64,000 bases of DNA from Botryllus schlosseri (Eukaryota), in assembly GCA_051294905.1 (NCBI GenBank), contig CM119371.1, positions 7,504,001 through 7,568,000 on the forward strand, read 5' to 3'. How positions within the stretch are numbered: the first letter of the stretch is position 1; each line of letters begins with the position of its first letter. Below, piece after piece: positions 39,601 through 51,541 of the stretch. Under the pieces are notes generated by a model. It ran no database searches. It saw only the letters and a list, made by a program, of their open reading frames with translations, and was not told the DNA's origin. Both the position numbers and the translations under genes were made by a program.

Positions 39601-40603
39601 CGAGTGGCAACAACTTCAAACTTACAGTTTTTTTCGGCAAACTAGGCCTACACTTCACTTATTTGGAGATTTCTACTTCTACTTGCACTGGAGTAGAAAT
39701 TTGCAACACTGCTTATCCTTTTATTCGAGTAGCGACGATGAATACTTTGACATCTGATCCTGAAACAGCAATGTCGATTCACCACCAACCCCAACCTCCA
39801 CACACCTATTTACATCGGGATCAATTGACTTTTCATATAGGCACCCGAACCAACGGTGGGACATGGGAAACTTCCTGTTGGATCACCCGCAGCTAGTAGG
39901 CCGACCTTTGACCAGTTGGGTGCCGTGCCGGAAATCCATCCCGAACGAGGTCGATGCTGGAATAAAAGGGGGGCAGTTTTTTTTCGGGCAACACGGAGCA
40001 AATTGTGACACTGACTCGATTACAATCAAAATTGTAAATACACAGTGTCTTCAAAATTAGATTATAAGTAAACTGATAGCTAAATATTATTTCCAAATGA
40101 GATTAGAAACAGAATTATATCTATATAGCGAACAGACTTTACCTATGTCCGAATTTGCTGGAAAACAGTGCACAATATTTACTGCATGATTTCTTTGACA
40201 AATCAGAATGAGTAAATGCTGGATGTAGGTGTAGGTACGGTGTAATAACTGGTGTGCCATGCGAAGAATAGCAAAATCTTACAAGAAATGACATAATGGT
40301 ATGGAAATCCATTCGATTTGCATTGCTTCATTTCACACTGATAGTGTCAACATTGCGGACAGGATGTTTGCTATATCCTACACCGTTGCCAATTCTGGAT
40401 ATGTTACAACAATTACACAGATACTCACCTGTAGAGTCATCACGATCTCGAAAATCTTGATGTGGAGATCTTGTTTTGTGGCAGTTGACAAGGTCTGAAA
40501 CAAAAACTCATTACAATGAATCAGGAAAGATAAGACTAGCACTGCTACTTCAATGTCATGTGGACAAAAGAACAGTAAATTATTATTAAAACCTTTCCAC
40601 TAG

Positions 40604-40932
40604 TAGGCTTACCATATTTTGGAAATCAAAAAGAGGACACATTTTCAGAAATTTGCAACTTGCGAAACCGGAGCAGTTCTCAAAAACCGGTGAATTTTGA
40701 CTAAAAAAAAAGGTCATCTTTTCGCTCAGCGCGAAATTAACCGTTTTTCACTCCGAAATACCCGCCGGAGCTTCACTTCTGTGCTGATTTGGGGCATATC
40801 ACTCGCAATTTGCTCTAAATCTGACCTAAATTTTCAAAAAAGAGGACTAAATCTCAAAAAAGAGGACAAAAGGGCGTCCTCCGAGGACACTTTCAAAAAA
40901 GAGGACATATCCTCTTACGTATGGTAAGCCTA
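40604..40932. mobile_element. hAT (Blackjack-like) MITE
   Basis: TIR TAGGCTTACCATA, perfect TSD TCCACTAG. Element absent at the paralogous site near 18337. Confidence 0.85.
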
Positions 40933-40994
40933 TCCACTAGTCACCTTGAACTGAATAGAGCACAAAAATGTCAAAATTGCTCTCTTAACGCATA

Positions 40995-41090
40995 GTCTTT
41001 TATATTTTATTGCCTTTTATGTACAGCGCCCCAGTGTAGTAATGATATATTGTTATATTCGGCGCTCTATAAATTATTATATTATTATTA
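40995..41090 (+). mobile_element. Short L2-like LINE/SINE 3' tail
   Basis: TGTACAGCGC...GGCGCTCTATAAAT followed by (TAT)n. Absent from the paralog near 18390. Confidence 0.5.
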
Positions 41091-44000
41091 CAGAAAATCT
41101 GTTACTGTGCACAGGGGCGCGTTTCAGTCCGATTTACTCATTTATCTTTATGGCATCAAATAGACGTTGTCGTGTGCGTTAAAACCATTGACGTAGGTTT
41201 TCTTGATCATTACACATTGCCCAGAGTCAATGCAACTGCCCATCACACAGAAGAGGTCAACCACAATCGCCACTAATCGATACAGAATAGGCCTAGTGCA
41301 TGAACGCATGTCTTTAAACAAGTTTTCAAGGAGAGCATGCACTAAGCGCGAGGATTCGTCAATTAGCAAGTAGGGAGTAGCCATTGGACAGATTTGAATC
41401 ATTTTCTAAAGTGAAATTAGTTGCGCTTACTAGTGATAAAGAATATCATTTCAAAACTCCTAACTATTTGCATCGCAATTATTCATTATGCATTACTTGC
41501 AAATATTGTTAATGCTATCACTGGTAATTGGCTAACAAAGCCTGTGACGCAACTTTGTAAAGTTACTTACTTTGATTCTTTTCTGATCTTGCTCCTCGAC
41601 TTTTACTTCAAGTAGTTTCGACAGCTCTTGTGAATTTTTATTTTACGTCTCATTGAATATAAATTCTGTGGATGACTTCATCTTGAACTGATGAGTAAGC
41701 GCAATGATGGAATGTCGGATTCTCGATCGGTAGGCAGAGGTTGTTAATGTAGTCTGCGTGACTACTCTACTAAAAGTAAAAGTAATATTGTAGATTGCCA
41801 TTGTAGATATCCTATTGAATCAGCAACTAAATATATGACGGGCTGTATCAACTAGAATTGCCGTCAGTATTATGCACTGTCGTACAAGTAATGAAGCATA
41901 TCTCCACAAAATTATTGGTTACTATTGCTATTTCATTCATAAAATGGTACAAATCTACAGAAACTAGTTTCCACAAGACAAAATTTGAAAAACTGGAGCA
42001 ACGAAGTTATTCCGCTTTGAAACAAAATATGAACAATTTTCAAGGCAGTTATGATGGATTGAAAATGAAATTAATCGGAAATTGTAATTGTGGGCGACTT
42101 TATTTCATTCATGTCTCAGCTGCAGACTTGTACAAACTACAACGGTAATCTAGTTATTTGATAGTCATTCTGAAGCATGTATTAGGCTTCGAGTCGAGTA
42201 GGGTATCCGAGTATCAGTCATTATGACGCCATAACAGAATGTAATGCGTCAAAGTTCAAATATGTACCTTTTATGCCACCACAAAGAATATAATGACTGT
42301 TATCCATCACATTAAAGACACTTTGGTCTTTTTTTCGACCATACCGATTTCATTGCACTTGGAGACAATGTTGTGGGATAACCATGACTTTGGAAATGTG
42401 CCGCGTCCAGTAACCTTCGTAGATTTTGTACTGTATGTATTGCATGCTACGATACCGTCCATAAAGGTTCCAAGGCTTCAACAGTGAAAATAAGTATCGG
42501 CATTATAATTCTTGTTCATAAATTAACTTTCAGTGGCGAGAAGCGTATCATTTCAGTATTCGAAAAAATCCTCTTTTGCTACTCGACTCGAATCATTAAA
42601 TTTAATACTCGATTCAGATTCGAGTACTCCAAAGTCCAATCATTGTGCCCAGCCCTAATTATGACGCCATGAGTGTATAAAAAACGTTAAAGTACATAGA
42701 TGTATCTTTTATGCTGTGACAAATAATATAATGGCGGTTTTACGTCACGTTAAAGATAAATTGGCATATTTTCCAACCATGTTTATTTCATTGCACTTTG
42801 TGACAATGCTGTGGGTTGATCACGTCTTCACATAAATATTTCATTTCCATTAAAGTGTGTAATTTTGTACTACATGTTTCGTATGCTACGATACGACCAA
42901 TCTAGGTTTCTGGGCTGCCACAGTGAGAAATAGTTTTGACATTACAATTCTTGTTGATAAATAACCTGTTTGTGGCAAGGAGAGTATGTATGTAAGCCTA
43001 TATCAGTATTCGAAAAATCATCTTCCCACCACTCGACTCCGATAATTAGGATTAATACTCAATTCATTGTGCCCGTATGTACCCAGCACTACATTTTACG
43101 CATTTGGAAATCGATACTTGTATTTATACCCGAGTAGAGATTTACGACATTAGTTATCATTTTGAGTACTAACGATAAATACTTAGACATATCTGCTCGA
43201 GAAACAGCGATGTCGAATCACCCCCAACCCCAACCTTCACCAACATTCGTCACCCACCTTTTTACATCGGGATCAACCGGCTTTTCCTACAGGCACCCAA
43301 ACCAACGGTGGGACCTGGGGCACTTTCTGGCGGATCACTCCCGCTGCTGGGCTGATCCTTGGCCAATTTGGTGCTGCGTCAGAAGTCCCTCATGAACGCG
43401 AGGGACACTGGAAAAAAGGGGGTCATTTTTGGGCAACACATAGCAAATTGTATCATAATTGTGACTAAACAGTTTTTCCTAAATTTTGATTAGAATTGCT
43501 TCTTGGAGGTACAGAGCCTCAGAGTAGGCCTACAATTGAATAGCATATTTACATTGAAACGGCTGCATTTCAATACGAATACACTATTCAATTAGATTAG
43601 AATTCTAGCTACACTGTGTTTTTTTTTCAAATGAGATTAGAATTATAAGTATAGCTACAATTTTTTCCAAATTGAATTAGAATTATTGAATTTGCGCAAA
43701 CTTGGGCATGGAATGAAGTTTAGTTCATCAGAGTTCGTTCTCATAACCATGAGAATGACAAATGTTTGTCCAGTAAGCTTGACTCGTTTCGCACTATACA
43801 GTTCCCCTGTAGCATTTATTGGTATTGGATTAGATTACATTATAGCATGGGAAAATTACACAAATTAGATTAGAATTTGAGCAAAATCAGATTAGAATTA
43901 GATTACCGGCATTTTACTTTATTTATTCTAGAGGTGATCGCTAACGAGGTTCCGCAAAACGTTTGTAATTCTACGACCTGCCATATTTTCTGTTTCCTTC

Positions 44001-45173
44001 CTAATCGTGCAAAACTTCAATGTAGTGTCCGGCACAACCTATCCGCGTAGCATATCCTGTTATTACCTACAGGCATTGTAATACAAGAGAAGGCGTCATA
44101 GCGCCACGTTTTCTAAGGGGAGCACTGGTGTGAAAATGAGGTCAAGAACCTCTCTGTTCTATAGCAATGGTGTCATTTGTAGGCTATCACACGATACCTA
44201 GGCGCTGAAGTCTAATTTTCTGAAGTTTTGCTCCGATCGATGACGTCACAGGGTTATGACGTCATAATACGCCAGAATTGACAAATGAGACGAATCGCAA
44301 GCAGTATATAGTGACAAAATTAAGATAATATTAAGCAGGCGCAGCCAGCCGGTTGCTGAATTGATTTCAAATTTACCAAGGTAGCATCAGTTCATTAGGG
44401 TTAAGTACATGCACTGATACATCGATCAGATCGGCTTCCTTTGCACGAATGATATATATATATATAGTTATACACTTCACATCTCACGTTCCCATGAGAT
44501 TGCTTGCGAGTCAGACTGTGCAGTCAATTAGTAAGATCACGATTTCCCGTAAAAAACACACACAAACATACTCGTCGACACGCGCCTCGACAACCCTACC
44601 TAGAGAACAAACGAATACGCATCTTCAGCGAAGGCTAATAAACATAAGTCACAGGAATTATTTTCTCAAATGCTAAGTCTGTTCTGGATTCTGTTCAGCA
44701 ATTGTCAATAGTTTCAGAGGAGTCAGAACTTTTGATATCCAGAGCTTGCCACCATTTTTTGATCGTTGTTTTTGTTTTGTTTTTATGGTATTCATGGTGT
44801 TTGTCGACGACTATGGTCATTTACACCAGGCCGATATTCTTCATTTATATTCCGTAACTGCCGACTTATAGCACGGCCCACCTCTAGGCTTTTTGTAAGA
44901 CATCGCTTACGCGCATGAGGTGGCGAGGAGGAGCCTAGGTAAACCTCCAACACTTAAGCATCAGAATTCTGAAGTCGACCTCGGCAGAACTCTTACCCGC
45001 ACCCGTTCAATGTCTGAGCAAGTTGTCGTCATAATCACAGCAGACGCGTCAGTCCTGGTCGGCGCACCAGATATCATATTTGGACACAGCGGAAGATGAC
45101 AATCGATCGTTGCATTTCGCGTCGATGGAAATTGACATCTTTGCTATCGAGATCTCGGTCTTGTTGCGCTGTG

Positions 45174-46515
45174 CATTGGCCAGTGGTTCCCAACGTGGGT
45201 GATTTGGCGGCGTAGGGAGGCGAAAATGGACAAAGGGGGCGACAGGGGGCGAAAATGACGAAGTGGGCGATAGGGGGGCGATGACGCGTTGAAACGGCTA
45301 TATTGGAGTCAAGTCGGAGAAATGACCTTTTTTTTAGTCAAGCCACGGAAATTTGGTTGCAAAAGTGTAAAATTCGACAACGAGCCGGAAAGTTGACCTT
45401 TTTTTTCTATTCAACCCGCCGATGATTACAGATTGTATACCGGATTTTCGGTTCACAAAATCTGGGGGGCGATGATCGGCGGTGAGCTTGAAAAGGGGGT
45501 GATGAGTCGAAAAAGGTTGGGAGCCACTGGCATAGGCGCTTGACGTTGATTTTCCTCAGGTGCAAGTATGCGGGTTGCATGACGTCACAAAGAAATAACG
45601 TCATAATGCGACAGAATTGACAATTAGGGTTAGTATAGCATCGATTCATTATGGTAAAGTGCATGTGTAAATGCCGATCATAAAATCTCCTCGTGATGAC
45701 GAACTTAGTGGTTTGATAAGCTTGTCAACGAGTCCGGAAGTGCTGTCAATTAACGAGTCTCTGATCTCTCACGAACAATTGAATACGGCGCTTATAAACG
45801 CGTATTACGTAACCTCGGTAACGATTTGCGCAAGTCAAAATGTCAGAGTTGTTACGGAATCTGCTCTATAATGGCACCGCGATTTCAGGCGGTTCAAACC
45901 GTACTCGTCTTCTACTACTCAAGCCTCCACACACAACTTCTGATGGTTATGTTCAAGTATTAGCGGGGTTCAATGATTCAATATAATCGCACATGACTGT
46001 GGACATTCAATGTCATTCAGTTTTCCGATATCACTCTCTAATCACAATCGCTAATCAGCCTATTCTTAACGGCATTGTCACCAAGCCATCGAGAGATAGC
46101 AACCAAAGCATGCTAGGCCCGAGATGCGATAGTTGGCCAGCGGTGATATCTTACGTACCAGGCCCATTGCACATGAGTTTGTGTAGGTCAGCGATGCAAT
46201 CGTGCTCACCAAGCCAATAATGCAAATGTGACAATGCCGGCAAGCGATGGCATTGTGCCCACCGGGCCTATTGCAGATGCGATTCTTCAAGCCAGTAGAA
46301 CTATAGTGATATTGGAGACGCAAAAAATCCAGCGATGATTGCCGAGCGCACGACAATCAAAGACCTAATTCCGAGCCATTCGTTCTAAACAGTACAGTAG
46401 GCATTTATGCTGATACATGCCAAGCGGAATTCTAGGTATGCCGCATGCCTGAAAAAATGCCTAGGTATGCGTGGCATGCATTGCATAGAATGCATACCCA
46501 GGTTTGGCGCCTATG
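45174..46515. mobile_element. Second CATAGGCGC-terminus element nested in the first
   Basis: CATAGGCGC ... GCGCCTATG. Flanks GCGCTGTG/GCCTTTTG versus a single GCCTTGTG at the paralogous site near 7517. Confidence 0.6.
45181..45529. mobile_element. hAT-Charlie-like MITE
   Basis: CAGTGGTTCCCAAC ... GTTGGGAGCCACTG, TSD GCATTGGC/GCATAGGC. Confidence 0.8.
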
Positions 46516-47491
46516 GCCTTTTGTCGCGTCCTCTAACTACTCGCGTTCGAGCAATGCATTGCTGCTGATTTGCTCACGTGAGCAGCAGCATTACAAAATA
46601 CATTGCTTAATTCTAAATCGCACAATTTGTCGGTTACATGCGCAACGAAATTCTGGGTATGCTGCATACCCAACAAGATTGCTAGTTATGCGTGGCATGA
46701 TATCTGAGTTGAGCGCCTATTATGCATGATACGGGCGAATCCTCACGCTCTTAAAATACATATCTCCTGGGATGTGGCAAAACCAACCCAACTGTCTGCA
46801 CCGTCAGCGTATGTAGAATTCCAGGTTTCGAGAGTGTATTTAGTACAGATTTTTACAACCACTTACATGACTCATATCGACCATATCGATATTGAGTAAG
46901 GTACTAAATATATGATGGGGAACATGAAATAGAATTGTCGGCAGTATTACGCACTCCCTTACAAGTAATAAAGTATATTTCTCCCAAATTACTGGTTACT
47001 ATTGCTAGTACATTCATCAAATGATACGGATCCACCGAAGAGTAGTTTAAACATGACAGAATTTGAAAAATTGAACGTAAAGTTGTGCAGATTTGAAACA
47101 AAAGTAAATGCACAATCGTCAAGGCAATTATGATGGATATAGCTTGATGAATTGAAAATTGTAATTGTCATCCTCTTTGTTTTTATTCATATCTCAGCTG
47201 CACACTTGTACAAACTACTAATTTAGTTTGTTCATGGCCAAGAGTATTTCCATTTGCAAATTTTTGAGGCGTGTAGTTTGGCGTGAATAGTGATACTGGT
47301 GTTCTGTTATGTGACGTTCTCGCAGCTATTGCTAGCTCGAATTCAACACTGCTAACCAGGGCGTAGTTAGGGAGTGGGTTTTTGGGGTCGAAAATTGTCC
47401 CATTTCGAACTCTAAACCCCGTTATTTTCAAACACAGATTCTGTCTCCAACTCAGAGTAATTCGTGATGTGCTGCACTTGCTGAGTGCAGT

Positions 47492-49135
47492 CTATCTCTT
47501 CACAAATATGGATCTGTAAATTTGAAAACATTGGTCTGCTTTTGGTTTCACTATAGTCCATTTGCCTTGCGATGTATCATACTTTTCAATTGGATTAGGG
47601 GTTTTGAATTCTGCTACTGCAAAAATCCAATTGCCAATGTGATATGCAGAAACTCGACCATGACAATCATTCATAGAAGATAATGAAGTCCATTGAGATG
47701 ACGTAACATCGTAACATTCTACGTTTTCGAGCTGGCGCCCTCCACTCACCCCACCGATCACAAATATCTTTTGATCAGCTGCAACAGCGCCACTTCCCCA
47801 AACAGAATATTTTATTGGTTCGAGATCAACCCACTCTGATGAGGATGGAGTGTATCTGCAGAATGAAGAAACTATGACACCATCTCGTCCTTCACCTCCG
47901 ATACAATAGATTGAATCATTCAATGATACGAGACTTGCATCAGATATTGCGGTAGGTTTATCTTCTAGTTGAATCCATTGATTCACGAGGGAAGTAAATA
48001 TTTCCACATCACTCGTTGCTTTAGGACCGCTTCCTCCAACGACAAATATCGATCCCGACAAAGAAATTGCACATGGATACTGTCCATGGTCACAAAGCAT
48101 ATCTTTCATCCTTTCCCATTTTGATTTTTGCCTCTGAAAATTGAGTCGGTAAACTGATTTCCCCTGGCATAAAATGTAGATATACGAGTCCAGAGAAATC
48201 GCCGAGAATTGTTTCAAATTCCTAATTTTCTCATCATGAAACTTCTCTACTTTCTCAGTTACTGGATGGAAGGATCGGATCAAATCTGCGTTATCATCAA
48301 AAAGAATTAACAATTCATCTTTGCCAATTTCGTCGTGTATTTTGTGCGTTGCTTTTAAAGTTTTCAAAAGATGTCCATTGATCAGCTTGTACAGTTCTAA
48401 GTCATTGCTGATAATTTGGTTTGACTCCATAAGATGTTCTAAAAATGACGGTGAGACTTCATCAAACTTGATTGCTTCGAGACACATTTGCAAATGTTCC
48501 TGATTTTTTTGATTTTTTTCAACCCAATTAAACAATAATCCTAATTTTTCTTCTCCACATAACTTCGATTTTTCTGACTTCACATAATTGAGGATGTTAG
48601 TTTTTTCAGTATTTCCAAATTCAGGTTGGTTTGATAGTTCCATGATATTTTCATGAAAAAATGCTCCACATCGGGTAGAGACGGCATCCAGTCCATACAT
48701 ATCGGCGACATTTCTTGTGGAAAAGTAATTCTCTACAGTAAGTGATTCCTCCAAAACGTCAGATACTGCCTGTTTCACGTCATCCAACTGCATCATGATT
48801 GCGACGTGAAGAAGATCGTTCATCTTTTCATCAGGAATCGTAAATTTGCCCGAATATATGAAATCGATGCAGTTTTTCACGCACTGAGAATCGACCTCTT
48901 TCAAAACAACTTTTCCTTCCCGACTCTCTTTTGTATCGTGCTTTAACATAGCTTTGAAATAAGGACAACCAGCCGACAATACATTTCTGTGAGTGTAATA
49001 GACATCATCTCCAACTTGAATTATGAAATCACAATGATCGTTCTCCTGCTTCATTCGATGTAATTCTTCCATCATCTTCACTGAATGTTTCTCTACATTT
49101 GGACACACAATCTGCACCATGATTGTCTCATTCAT
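47492..49135 (-). CDS. BTB-BACK-Kelch protein, paralog 3, intronless CDS
   Basis: Same architecture with a 3-aa linker insertion. The Met homologous to the starts of paralogs 1 and 2 is at 49120 (MVQIV). Confidence 0.95.
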   Translation of the reverse strand: MNETIMVQIVCPNVEKHSVKMMEELHRMKQENDHCDFIIQVGDDVYYTHRNVLSAGCPYFKAMLKHDTKESREGKVVLKEVDSQCVKNCIDFIYSGKFTIPDEKMNDLLHVAIMMQLDDVKQAVSDVLEESLTVENYFSTRNVADMYGLDAVSTRCGAFFHENIMELSNQPEFGNTEKTNILNYVKSEKSKLCGEEKLGLLFNWVEKNQKNQEHLQMCLEAIKFDEVSPSFLEHLMESNQIISNDLELYKLINGHLLKTLKATHKIHDEIGKDELLILFDDNADLIRSFHPVTEKVEKFHDEKIRNLKQFSAISLDSYIYILCQGKSVYRLNFQRQKSKWERMKDMLCDHGQYPCAISLSGSIFVVGGSGPKATSDVEIFTSLVNQWIQLEDKPTAISDASLVSLNDSIYCIGGEGRDGVIVSSFCRYTPSSSEWVDLEPIKYSVWGSGAVAADQKIFVIGGVSGGRQLENVECYDVTSSQWTSLSSMNDCHGRVSAYHIGNWIFAVAEFKTPNPIEKYDTSQGKWTIVKPKADQCFQIYRSIFVKR

Positions 49136-49849
49136 AATATCAAACTATCCTACAATTATTATGATAGAGTCAACCACTGTCATTGAAGTACCTACTGATG
49201 ATGATTAGCAGGGCGATGTTTTTGACAGGTCAAAACAAGTCAAAATTTCGCCAAACTTGAAGCGCTAGATCAAAAAATTGTCAAAATTGATTTCTAAGTC
49301 AAAATTTTCTCTGAACTCTGCATTTCGTTTGTATTGTAGATTTTGAACAATCGGTGAACTTATCATTTGATATTTTACTACTTGTAGCCTATTTTATAAG
49401 CCTATCGCTGCAGATGGCTGTGGGAGTAGTTAATCATAAACGATTACAAGCACACTCTAGCTATTAAAAACATTGGTTGGAAACGAAATTTAGGAAGTAT
49501 TCAAATAGCATATGTATATTGTCGACATACACTTAGTGAAGTAGACAAGGAATAGGACTTGCAGTCTTTCATAATCATTTGTTCAACCCAACCAGTTGAG
49601 CTACACTATAAATATTTTTAATTTGGTGAAGTGGGAAGCAGCAACATCAATTTACAATTTAACGAAACCAGCCGGTGTATTTACTTAGTCACAGTATCAT
49701 GGCATAATTCCAAAAATTGGATCGATTTGTGACTGCATCGCAAAGATGCATATTGCATATTTTCTTCCTATATGCTACTGAATTGCAATTTGCAAATTAT
49801 GACCAATTTTATAAATATATCGTTACTAATAACAGTGATTGATGGTATA

Positions 49850-50039
49850 TAAAAATCCTATTTTAGTTATTATTAGGAATTTATAGATACTTATGAAGGC
49901 AATTGTTTTCATAATAAAGAAGTTGATGTCGGAGTCAGGGTCCTTTTTACAAACTCCGACTTCAGGCACTATAGTTTTCATGCCTCTGACTCCAAGGAAG
50001 ACTTGGACAACTAGGAAATTCTAGTTGTCGAATTTCACT
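49850..50039. repeat. ~200-bp direct repeat, second copy at ~61308-61519
   Basis: Shared GATGGTATATAAAAATCC...GTCGGAGTCAGGGTCC...CTAGTTGTCGAATTTCACT. Confidence 0.8.
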
Positions 50040-50060
50040 AAATTAGAGCGAAATGCCAGT

Positions 50061-50197
50061 AATCTAATTCTAATCTAATTTGTGAAATGTTCCCATGCTC
50101 TAATTCTAATCTAATTTGTGAAATGTTCCCATGCTCTAATTCTAATCTAATTTGTCCAATGTTCCTATGCTCTAATCTTAGTTCTAATCTAATTTGC
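50061..50197. repeat. 36-bp minisatellite, ~3.5 copies
   Basis: TCTAATTCTAATCTAATTTGTGAAATGTTCCCATGC. The reverse-complement ATTAGATTAGAATT motif also occurs at 5.9-6.2, 14.7-14.8 and 43.6-43.9 kb. Confidence 0.8.
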
Positions 50198-51541
50198 TGT
50201 TTTCCTGCAAATCCTTCTATGTCCGCGGCGCGCATCTTGCAGCGAGTCAACAAGAATACCCGGGAAATCGATTGCCACGCAGTCAACGCAGTAATTAGAT
50301 ACACCGTATAGTTATAGTAGTTATTGTGACGAATAATAGCCACGCTGGCATAGTTTAGGCTAACTTGTAGTCTGCGAAGAACATTCTAGTTTCGATATCA
50401 AAGAGAAAAGCAGCGAACAAAAAGAGATGGTAACATAGGCGTGTTCACTTTATTGCCCTTAACTACAACATGAAAAACGATTATGATTGCTTTAGATTTA
50501 ACCAATGAAAATATATTAGAGAATAAAGTGGAACGAGACGGAAGCAGAGCGTGTGAGGATGGACTGCGATGTTTTGAGTTACTGGAAAAGAGAAAACCGT
50601 TCTCCTCATATTAAGGCATCTGCACAAAAACTCGCAGGCATGACTGCAACGTTAGGAACAAATTTTCAGACATGCAGGAGAACTGCAGGGCTCGCCAACT
50701 CAAAACAGGCCACGGGTCACTTTTAAAATATCGTAGAGGCCGCGGGCCGCAATCACGCAATAGTGAGGAATAGTGCTGTTGGGTACAGGTGAATAGCGAT
50801 GGCGGCTCGTGATAATATTGGGTGGTGGGGCATGGGGTTGCAAGTCACTTTATTTTATCAACATGACATCACAATGACGTTTTACAACATAAAAAAGTAA
50901 CTTTATGATCTTCACATGAATTTTTCGACAACAGTGATTTTAACGCAGGTGTCTAGCCGAACCTAGTCGCGTTACCTATAAATTTTGGTCTGAAGGCAAT
51001 TGCGTAAACGAAACGCTGATCAAAGATTCAACACGCACTTGACCTGACTGTATCAGCAGAAATGTCTAGAACTCGAGAGTGTTGCGTAAGCCTAACTGGA
51101 AAGTTTATATCATAGATTGGGACTGTCATATTAAATCCAAAACATCATTTTAAATGGAATTTGAAGAACTAACGATAACAACCTCGGAAATTCGGTCTCG
51201 GAACAACATAGGACATTTTGTCCTTGAAAGTTGAAACTGGAGATTGTGACACAACACATACGGCTTGCTGTCTATAAGTCTGCTGCAAAATCGCCGTTGG
51301 GAAATGTATTACCGCATAAATACGTGAATGAAAGCCGTAAAGTTAGTACACCGTGACATGACACCATCGATAAGTAGCATACGCATTCTCATGACTCACT
51401 GCGGCATGGTACGCTGTCAAAATCAATACAGACAGACGAACGCCGAACTTTGAGTAAAATAGATTAAGGAATAGGCTGATTGAGTGATTGATCACTGATC
51501 AGCTGTTGTATGTATGTATAGGGGGAGGGGGTGCTTCTCGG

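Larger units (their letters stand above)
39660..41420 (-). pseudogene. Fourth relic of the multi-exon gene
   Basis: Exon 40494-40429, exon ~40280-40143 (PYLHLHPAFTHSDLSKKSCSKYCALFSSKFG), acceptor near 39958. ORF 41148-41402 is homologous to the 18.5-18.7 kb block. Confidence 0.45.
44198..46724. mobile_element. Paralogous copy of the CATAG short-TIR element, with nested insertions
   Basis: C(A)TAGGCGCTGAAGTC ... GAGTTGAGCGCCTATTATG, TSD CACGATAC/CATGATAC. Same flanks as 6442-7687. Confidence 0.75.

Noticed and set aside
50038..50343. ORF with QIRLELEHGNIS repeats
   Set aside because: It is the translation of a 36-bp minisatellite whose motif is non-coding elsewhere in the window.
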